Shown here: piece by piece, positions 57,901-64,000 of the stretch
Numbering within the stretch: position 1 is the first letter of the stretch
How the letters are laid out: the number at the start of each line of letters is the position of its first letter
Source: Candidatus Latescibacterota bacterium
GTDB lineage: Bacteria > Latescibacterota > UBA2968 > GCA-2709665
Assembly: GCA_965203805.1 (NCBI GenBank)
Contig: OZ241917.1
Coordinates: 5,216,001-5,280,000, forward strand
DNA: 64,000 nt
Direction: 5' to 3'
Notes under the pieces: model-generated
What the model saw: only the letters and a program-made list of their open reading frames with translations
The model's database searches: none
What the model was told of the DNA's origin: nothing
Position numbers and translations under genes: made by a program

Positions 57901-59260
57901 CGTCAACGAGCATCTGGATAACGCCGTTGAACGCTTCCCGGCTCAGGTCACGATAAATGAACGACCTGCGGACGAGGTCGAAGAGCGTGTCTGCCGTGTT
58001 GTCCTCGCAGGCGACTTCCGCCACGATCTGCTGCGCGAGCACGTCCAGCGGCTTGCTGGGAAAGGGAAGGCTGTCCAGTTCGCCGAGGCGGACACTGTGA
58101 AGCAGCGCCACGGCTTCGACCAGTTCGTCCTTCGTGAGCGGATACAGCTTCCCCCTGGGCGTGCCTTCGAGGGTGTGGCCGGAACGGCCGACGCGCTGGA
58201 GCAGCGTGGCAATGGCCTTGGGAGATCCGATCTGGACGACGAGATCGATGGCCCCCACGTCGATGCCCAGCTCGAGAGATCCCGTGGCCACCAGGGCCCT
58301 GAGGGCCCCGGCTTTGAGTCTCGTTTCCGCGTCCAGCCGTTTTTCGCGGGACATGCTTCCGTGGTGGGCAGAGACGACTTCGGGGCCCAGACGTTCGGAG
58401 AGGTGATGCGACAGGCGTTCGGTCATCGAACGCGTGGGCACGAATATAAGGGTGGTCTGGTGTCGGGCGATGGTACGTTCGAGGGATTGATGGATTTCTT
58501 CCCAGACTTCATTGGCCATCACCGCGGTGAGCGGGGATTCGGGCAGTTCGATTTCGAGTTCCAGTTCCCGTCGATGCCCGATATTGAGGACCGCGCAGGA
58601 TTCCGCGCCCCCGGTGAGAAAACGCGCCATACGGTCGATGGGCTTCTGCGTTGCGGAGATGCCGATGCGGTGGAGCGGGTTCCGGCTCAGACGCGCCAGA
58701 CGCTCCATGGAAATGGACAGGTGGGCCCCGCGTTTGTTTCCGGCAACGGCGTGGATTTCGTCGACGATGAGGGTGCGGGCGTCGCTCAGCATTTCACGCC
58801 CGCCGTTGCTTGTGAGGAGCAGGTAGAGGGACTCCGGCGTGGTCACCAGAATGTGGGGCGGCGTCCTGACCATCTTCGCCCGCTCGGTGCTCGGGGTGTC
58901 TCCGGTTCGGACCATCGCCCGCACGTCGACCTCGGGATTGCCGTTCTGTTCCAGGAGCGCCTTTATGCCCTTGAGCGGAAGCTGCAGATTGCGATGGATA
59001 TCGTTGCTGAGCGCTTTCAGCGGCGACACGTAGACAACCTGGGTCCGGTCGTCCAGCGTGCCGTCGAGGCAGCGCTCGAACAGGTTGTTCAGGACCGCCA
59101 GAAATGCCGCGAGCGTTTTCCCGGATCCGGTCGGCGCTGACAACAGGACGTCCCGCCTGTTTCCTATTTCAGGCCAGGCCAGTGACTGGATTTCGGACGG
59201 GCCGCTGAAATTCTTATTAAACCACTGCCGGACAACGGGATGGAAGTTTTCCAAGGGCAT
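54929..59260 (-). CDS. lhr: Lhr-family ATP-dependent helicase, extended form
   Basis: APTGSGKT, SPLKALSND, TTPESL, DEIH, SAT, LELGID, QRVGRSGH; C-terminal LKRYGVV...GEVRGGRFV...DPVNL domain. Confidence 0.93.
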   Translation of the reverse strand: MPLENFHPVVRQWFNKNFSGPSEIQSLAWPEIGNRRDVLLSAPTGSGKTLAAFLAVLNNLFERCLDGTLDDRTQVVYVSPLKALSNDIHRNLQLPLKGIKALLEQNGNPEVDVRAMVRTGDTPSTERAKMVRTPPHILVTTPESLYLLLTSNGGREMLSDARTLIVDEIHAVAGNKRGAHLSISMERLARLSRNPLHRIGISATQKPIDRMARFLTGGAESCAVLNIGHRRELELEIELPESPLTAVMANEVWEEIHQSLERTIARHQTTLIFVPTRSMTERLSHHLSERLGPEVVSAHHGSMSREKRLDAETRLKAGALRALVATGSLELGIDVGAIDLVVQIGSPKAIATLLQRVGRSGHTLEGTPRGKLYPLTKDELVEAVALLHSVRLGELDSLPFPSKPLDVLAQQIVAEVACEDNTADTLFDLVRRSFIYRDLSREAFNGVIQMLVDGFTFRRGTRRSYLHFNPVTQTLRAKKGARLNATVSGGTIPDQFDYDVRLEPSGVQIGSVHEDFAVESLPGDIFQLGTASWRILKVETGKVRVEDADGLPPTMPFWIGEAPGRSAELSTAVSRVREEVSARIDLGQIDDEASGEWKRDAAAWLTDDVGTTADAADQVVTYLAATKASLDLVPSQKHIVLERFFDEVGDQHLVIHSVFGNRLNRAWGLALRKRFCRKFNFELQAAANEESLVLSLGPTHSFPLKEVVDYLNDRTVREVLVQALLDAPMFQARWRWNASTALAVLRRRGGERVPPQIQRSDAEDLLALIFPDQLACLENIPGDREVPDHPLVYQTIHDCLHEAMDVDALEGLLQRIHTGDIEVLARDLREPSPMSESILNARPYAFLDDAPLEERRVQAVRTRRRLEPEDARKLGKLEKGAIQAVRAEAWPDVTDADELYDVLVMHGFLTDSEMSESGDGRWRPLLSSLIESGQAASVEPAGGPKLWIAVERIPQFQVLYPEAVNAGATVVHDSIREFSSEDPEQVLTDVIRGRLELLGPTTASAISSDMGLPTHRIDQALVALETEGFAIRGHFSPDLPADAETEWCERRLLARIHRYTLEKLRRAIKPISSADYIRFLLRWHGLTGGARKEGAEALNGALDQLDGFSCPAIAWESDILPSRIKDYDHNWLDTCCLSGKTMWGRYLRVQNNRAGNTPIRTTPITLVNRATFVAWPFRPPESCDPVLTPSAQRVLECLEAGGALFYHDIIARSKMLKSEVESAIAELVAAGLLTCDSFAGLRALLIPEKFKVRSRRNRGPVFGMEQAGRWSVIQAETEDPADIEKCARILLKRYGVVFRRVLARETGIPPWRDLVRVLRRMEDRGEVRGGRFVERWGEQYALPEAITVIRSLKREKKRGELVSVSACDPVNLVGIVTPGKRLPATPGNRILYRDGEPVARYEGKAVHFETKLDPETAWTLEKSLIRKHVPPKLREYLGRIAVP

Positions 59261-59337
59261 GTGGGTTCCTCGACCTGAGTCCGCTGACGCCGTGAATGGA
59301 GGGTTCGATCCGTGCTGTAGGGGTACATCCGTTCACT

Positions 59338-59366
59338 AATATAATGAACGACAATCTCAAACGCAA
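59338..59366 (-). promoter_or_regulatory. Sigma70-type promoter of lhr
   Basis: TTGCGT-N17-TATATT. Confidence 0.5.
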
Positions 59367-59367
59367 G

Positions 59368-59660
59368 GCAGCGGTCAGCCGTCAGTTTGAAAAAGAGCGA
59401 AGATCAAATTCAAAATCCCCTTTTCCCCAAATTCCCTGCCGTCAAAAAGCAGCTTTCAGCGGTCAGCATTCGGCAGTCAGCTAGAAGCAAGAGCGAAAAC
59501 CGCTCACACAAAGACACGAAGACACGAAGACACGAAGGAAAGCAACTGCAATCAGCCGAGAGCGAACCACCCCCAACGCCGCAGACCTATCCCCCCGGCC
59601 TGCCTGCGCCGAGACCTGCTCGGCAGGCAGGCCCCCTCTCCCGGGGGGAGAGGGGGAGTC
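59368..59660. repeat. Cluster of short repeats: CAGC-heptamer runs, (GACACGAA)x3 and CCCTCTCCC/GGGAGAGGG palindrome with nested CCTGCCTG...CAGGCAGG
   Basis: Seen directly at about 59368-59480, 59513-59536 and 59590-59657. Confidence 0.65.
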
Positions 59661-59676
59661 ATTCCACTCTCCCCGC

Positions 59677-60396
59677 TCACGGCCTGAACTCGTCCCAATG
59701 GGTGATCGAGTCAGGCCAGGTCTGGGGGTTCGCCGTAGGCCGGTCGCGCGAGCGATCGAAATAGACAGGGTCCATGCCCATCGACCGCGGGGCCAGAACG
59801 TCGTTTCGTAGATTGTCCCCGATGAAAAGGACGTCGTTCGCCCGGTCGGCGCCGAGGCCGGCCCGTCGGAGAGCCTCGCGGTAAATTTCGGGGCCCGGTT
59901 TTCGGAAACCGAACGCGGCGCTGTCGATGACGAACTCGAAATACCGCAACAGCCCGTGGACGGACAGCAGCCGCTCCGGCCAACCGGGCAGGTAGAAATT
60001 CGAGACAACGCCCATTCGAACTCTGCCGCGCCAGGACATCAGCATCTCCTCGACGCCCTGTGTTCGACGGACCTGCTTCGGATAAGATCTCTCGAATACA
60101 TCGACCATTTCCTTAACGAGCCGGTGTATTGGCACTCGACCGGTCGTTCCGGAAGCCGAAAGCACTTCCGACGTCCGGTCTCCAAGCTCGATTTCCCTCG
60201 ACGCGCCGCCGAACAACCGGTTTTCCCGCCATCGCGAGTAAGCAGCCTCGAAGTCGCGTGGCGTAGCAAAGTAGCCCGCCCGGACCGGAAGGTCGACTAT
60301 CGAACCCAGACCGGATTCGTCCCCGGTCTCGTCGAAATCATCGAGAAGGGTATTGAAGCAGTCGAAGAAGATCCACCGGGGTCTGCGGTTGGACAT
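59677..60396 (-). CDS. HAD-superfamily hydrolase
   Basis: FFDCFNTL, VVSN, RKPGPEIY, FIGDNLRNDV. Confidence 0.9.
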   Translation of the reverse strand: MSNRRPRWIFFDCFNTLLDDFDETGDESGLGSIVDLPVRAGYFATPRDFEAAYSRWRENRLFGGASREIELGDRTSEVLSASGTTGRVPIHRLVKEMVDVFERSYPKQVRRTQGVEEMLMSWRGRVRMGVVSNFYLPGWPERLLSVHGLLRYFEFVIDSAAFGFRKPGPEIYREALRRAGLGADRANDVLFIGDNLRNDVLAPRSMGMDPVYFDRSRDRPTANPQTWPDSITHWDEFRP

Positions 60397-60429
60397 GGGG
60401 TATTCGGGGGCGATTGCAAGGGAACGGCA

Positions 60430-61173
60430 TCAGTCGAGGGGATTGTCGAGGGTCCATTTAAGGACGGTATCGAGGCCGGCGAGATGCGCGGCGGTTCGTT
60501 GCGGCATCGGCCAGGCGGTGGGCGTCTCGAAGATGAGAACGTGGTCCGAATGATAATGATATACGTACGGGACGATCCCGCCGATCCCCCACGCGGGATC
60601 GACTTTGTAGACCCCGCGCGAAACCTGGATGTCATTGCCGTCCTCTGAATCCGGATCGATAGGACCCACCTTCTCAACCTCGCGAACGACGTCAGGCCCC
60701 GCGTATTGTCCATCGCGCCGGACTTCATACATATAGAAGCCGGCGGCCTCCCAGTCTTCGTGAAAATCCACGTAAAGGTCGAATCGTTTTCCCTTCAACA
60801 TTCGCCGGCCGATTTCGCCTTCGGAAACATCGGACTCGGAGAACGACCGGTTGATATCCTGACCCTTGCTGTTTTCCCGCTTGTTATTGAGGTACCCCCA
60901 CGGATTGACACACGGCAGAATCAGGAACACGAAATCCTCCAGCAGGTCCGCCGGGTCTCGCTCGAGGAATGCAAGTACGGCCTCAGGCCCCGCCGGTTCG
61001 TCACCGTGGACGCCGCCGGAAAGCAGCACCCGCTTCCTGCCGCGCGCGTCGCCGCCCAACCGGATGCAATGGATCGGATAATCGTCCACGTATCCCGCCG
61101 TCTCCATCTCCATTTTCGCGAGATCAAGCGACTCCAGACGTCGTGTCAACCGCTCGAAATCATGGCCGGACAT
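60430..61173 (-). CDS. M14-family metallopeptidase / succinylglutamate desuccinylase-like
   Basis: GVHGDEPAG, VNPWG, DINRSF, DFHEDWE, FETP; start reassigned to 61173. Confidence 0.88.
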   Translation of the reverse strand: MSGHDFERLTRRLESLDLAKMEMETAGYVDDYPIHCIRLGGDARGRKRVLLSGGVHGDEPAGPEAVLAFLERDPADLLEDFVFLILPCVNPWGYLNNKRENSKGQDINRSFSESDVSEGEIGRRMLKGKRFDLYVDFHEDWEAAGFYMYEVRRDGQYAGPDVVREVEKVGPIDPDSEDGNDIQVSRGVYKVDPAWGIGGIVPYVYHYHSDHVLIFETPTAWPMPQRTAAHLAGLDTVLKWTLDNPLD

Positions 61174-61193
61174 CTCTCCAACACATCCTTTAG

Positions 61194-62012
61194 CTAAAAT
61201 GCTGCCGGTTTGTACCGTATTGCATGGTAGTCGTAATCGCTGGTGATGGGCACGGCTTTTCCGTCCAGGAAGGCCCATCGCCCCACGTCGCACGCGGATG
61301 CGCGGACGAATCCGTTGATGTACGATCGCCGGGGCCGGTTGGTCGTATTCGGTGACGAGCCATGGACCGTGTAAGACGTGAACATCAGCACGTCGCCTGG
61401 CATGGCCTCGCAGGGCACGGCGGAGGAGACGTCCACCTGCGATTCGACGCTTCCCTTCGCGTAACGTTTCACCCTCAAGTTGCCCAGCTTGTGGCTTCCC
61501 GGGATGACGTGCAGACATCCGTTCGCGACGGTCGCCTCGTCCACCACGACGATCGTCTGCACATAGTTGTTTACCTGATCGCGAAACGCGGGTGTGGGGC
61601 GGACGTCCTGGTGCCACGGGAATTCGATTTTCCCGCCCGGCATCTTGAAGTTGATCTGATTGATGAACTGCTTCAACGTCGTTCCAATGAGGGGCGCCAG
61701 GAGCGCGGGAAACTTCGGACTGTTGCGAATCTCCTCGAAGGCGGGATGAATCAGCGCCGGCCACTGGACCTTGCGCAGATATCGAACGGCGTCCGGCCCG
61801 GTCATCGGACCGGGTGTCTGCAGGTGAATATGCACGTCGCGCCGCCTGCCATTCAGGATTTCGTCCGGAAGGTCCGTCCTGGATGCCAGTTCGAGGACAT
61901 AGTCGTAGCCCTCGCGCAGTCGGGCGATCTCATCCCGCCCGAATACGCCCCTCGCCACGTGATACCCCTGTTCCCGGAAGGCATCGACGTCTTTCCTGCT
62001 GAGCGTCGTCAT
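61194..62012 (-). CDS. Phytanoyl-CoA dioxygenase (PhyH) family Fe/2-OG enzyme
   Basis: FPWHQD, NGCLHVIPGSH, HGSSPN-x4-PRR. Confidence 0.92.
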   Translation of the reverse strand: MTTLSRKDVDAFREQGYHVARGVFGRDEIARLREGYDYVLELASRTDLPDEILNGRRRDVHIHLQTPGPMTGPDAVRYLRKVQWPALIHPAFEEIRNSPKFPALLAPLIGTTLKQFINQINFKMPGGKIEFPWHQDVRPTPAFRDQVNNYVQTIVVVDEATVANGCLHVIPGSHKLGNLRVKRYAKGSVESQVDVSSAVPCEAMPGDVLMFTSYTVHGSSPNTTNRPRRSYINGFVRASACDVGRWAFLDGKAVPITSDYDYHAIRYKPAAF

Positions 62013-62064
62013 CGATCAATACCCCGATTCTCAATTGCAGGATGCGTTCGTCAGTTGCAGGACG

Positions 62065-62919
62065 CTATTCCAGTTCCGGCAGGTCCGACTGGTCAATGAG
62101 GACCCTGATCGAGCGCGGTTGACGTGGAATCCTTGAAATGAAGCCCCGCTCTTCCAATCTCTTGAGCATACTGTTTACGGTTGGAGGCGTAACGACGAAA
62201 TAACGCTGTATATCGGCGTGGGCCGGAGGAATGCCGTTCACCTTGGTGTAGTAATGGATAAACGCCAGGTATTGTCCCTGCTTGTAGGTATAGGAATCTG
62301 CGACCACTGAATCGTAGAACGCGTCCATGTCGAATTCGGACAGGTACTCGTTGACAAGATCGATCGGGAAGTACTCGGGGTCGAAATCGCCGCCAATCCA
62401 GTCGATGGTCGCGGAGTGCTCCGGGTGATCGCTGTCCGCCTGAGCTTTGAGGAATTCAGCATATCCGGTGCTCCCGCCGACATTCTCGGGCGGACACGAT
62501 CGCTCACCCGCGAGACACCTGGGTTTGAACTCGTCCGTTTCGGCTTCTTCGATCGCCTCGACCCTCACTTGGTGTATCCAACTGTCACCGAGATCGTATT
62601 CATAGTGAAACTCGACGCCGACAAACGGCGCCGCCTGCTCGAGTGTGAACAGTTCTTCATCCTCCATGCCTTCGCTCCAGTCGTCGAACCCCGGGTCGTC
62701 CAATCCGTAGCGGGAGTCGCCGATGCGAAACTCATGCGCATGGGAGTTCGTCCATCCCATCAAGATCTGAAAGAGAAAATGGAGGTCGCCCAGCGAACTC
62801 TCCCCGTCAACGAGGACGCGTCTCCAGATCGGCGGCTCGATGTTCAGCATGGTGATCTTGAGTTGGTAGATCAAGTGGATTCCTCCCGCTTTCTTCTCAG
62901 CTCTATTCCTTCGCGCCAT
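62065..62919 (-). CDS. pRiA4b ORF-3 family protein fused to a LexA-like winged-helix domain
   Basis: YQLKI...PPIWRR, GWTNSHAHEF, YEYDLGDSW-H, CPPENVGG; C-terminal KQGQYLAFI...PPTVNSMLKRLEERGFISR. Confidence 0.85.
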   Translation of the reverse strand: MARRNRAEKKAGGIHLIYQLKITMLNIEPPIWRRVLVDGESSLGDLHFLFQILMGWTNSHAHEFRIGDSRYGLDDPGFDDWSEGMEDEELFTLEQAAPFVGVEFHYEYDLGDSWIHQVRVEAIEEAETDEFKPRCLAGERSCPPENVGGSTGYAEFLKAQADSDHPEHSATIDWIGGDFDPEYFPIDLVNEYLSEFDMDAFYDSVVADSYTYKQGQYLAFIHYYTKVNGIPPAHADIQRYFVVTPPTVNSMLKRLEERGFISRIPRQPRSIRVLIDQSDLPELE

Positions 62920-64000
62920 ATCGTCGCAGCAGGGCGCCGATGTCCGCTTCCTTCGTTTCGAGCCGGGCGTATTCCTTGTACCCACGGGGTTTCTCGCTCC
63001 AGGCCAGAGGCGTCGCCCATGCCGCCCCGGCCAGATTCGGATCGGCGCCCGCTTCCAGCATGAACCTGGCGAGTTCGGGCCACTCGAAACGTACCGCCAT
63101 TGCGAGCGGCGACGATCGTCTTTCTCCGCCCAGCACGTTCAGCTCCGCGCCGCGGTCGATCAGCTTTTCCGCGAACACGATTCGATCCTGCTCCGTGACG
63201 TGCCACGTGATCTCCGCGGTCCAGTGAAGCGGCGTGAGGCCGCCCTTCTTCTCGCGGGCGTTCGGGTCGAATCCGTGATCCAGGAGACGCTCGAAGCAGG
63301 AGTAGAAGTGTTCGGCACGGGCACCTCCAGGATTGCCCGGACACCGCAGCCTCCACATGCGCATGGCCAGGCACATCACCTCGTGCATTTCGCTCTCGGT
63401 AAAACTCGGATTCTGTGAGAGGCAGACTGCCACGAGGTCCGGATGCCCGCCATGGACGGCTCCCTTCAGGACCTCCTTTGCACACGATGGATCGGAGTTT
63501 ACCAGCACGGCATCGACGGAGATATTGTCGCTGTTCGCGGCATAGAAACCTGGAGAGGCCCCGTCATCGAACCCGGGAAATGCCCCATGTCGCAACAGCA
63601 GTTTCTCCATCGCGTCGTTCCCGTTCGCGATCGCCCAGTTCAAGGCGTTTCCGGATGCATCCATTACGGTATGCGCCGATGCCCCGTGCTCCAGGAGCAG
63701 CGATGCCATCTCCAGATCGTCGTTGAGGGCCGCGGCGTGCAGCGGCGCGCCTCGCTCGGCCACGGGGTAACCTTCGTACTTGTCATACGGCGTGTCCGGA
63801 TCGGCGCCCCGTTCCAGGAGGAGGCGCACCACCTCACGGTGTCCCTTGTCGGCGGCAATCGAGATCGGATACGCGTCCATCCCGGGATAGTTCCCGGCCC
63901 AGTCGTTCACGGCATCGGGATCGGCATCCAGAAACCGCCGCGCCCCGTGGACGTCGCCGATGGCGCAGGCAACCCACAGGTCGTATTCGGCGCCGCGTCC
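62903..64000 (-). CDS. Ankyrin repeat protein (5-prime end beyond window)
   Basis: Repeats such as LLLERGADP, APLHAAA, TPLHW, SPLAMA, LEAGADPN; the frame stays open to the window edge. Confidence 0.88.
   Translation of the reverse strand, partial: GRGAEYDLWVACAIGDVHGARRFLDADPDAVNDWAGNYPGMDAYPISIAADKGHREVVRLLLERGADPDTPYDKYEGYPVAERGAPLHAAALNDDLEMASLLLEHGASAHTVMDASGNALNWAIANGNDAMEKLLLRHGAFPGFDDGASPGFYAANSDNISVDAVLVNSDPSCAKEVLKGAVHGGHPDLVAVCLSQNPSFTESEMHEVMCLAMRMWRLRCPGNPGGARAEHFYSCFERLLDHGFDPNAREKKGGLTPLHWTAEITWHVTEQDRIVFAEKLIDRGAELNVLGGERRSSPLAMAVRFEWPELARFMLEAGADPNLAGAAWATPLAWSEKPRGYKEYARLETKEADIGALLRRYGAKE

Noticed and set aside
59295-59330. tRNA-like GGTTCGATCC
   Set aside because: No acceptor stem, D arm or anticodon arm around it.

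Overview
High-GC bacterial window whose gene content (heparinase-like protein, sulfatase, Gfo/Idh/MocA and PhyH oxidoreductases, ankyrin protein) resembles sponge-associated or marine Gemmatimonadota/Latescibacterota-type genomes; this is an inference, not a taxonomic call. Housekeeping and catabolic genes include glcB, a three-gene molybdenum hydroxylase, a TPP-riboswitch-controlled thiO-thiS-thiG-tenI/thiE-thiD-thiE operon, pncC, infA, an MFS transporter, a TonB receptor and lhr. They surround a visibly lower-GC defence island at about 29.7-46.3 kb. The island carries an orphan beta-class DNA methyltransferase, a type IIG restriction-modification enzyme, and a DpdA-like DNA transglycosylase with an N-terminal YaaA/DUF6884-like (DpdC-like) domain. 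Downstream of dpdA lie a coupled UvrD helicase and an Fe-S RecB/Cas4-type nuclease; together these are a candidate non-canonical 7-deazaguanine modification/restriction system. The island also holds two inward-facing paralogous copies of an unrecognised helical protein plus RelE-like toxin pair, a cassette flanked by 198-bp direct repeats, and several collapsed gene relics. Outside the island are an orphan rod-shaped sRNA candidate of about 118 nt with its own promoter and U-tract, and an Omp85 barrel fused to an atypical kinase-like domain. No rRNA, tRNA, CRISPR array, integrase or intact transposase was seen. All family calls come from motif recognition without database searches.
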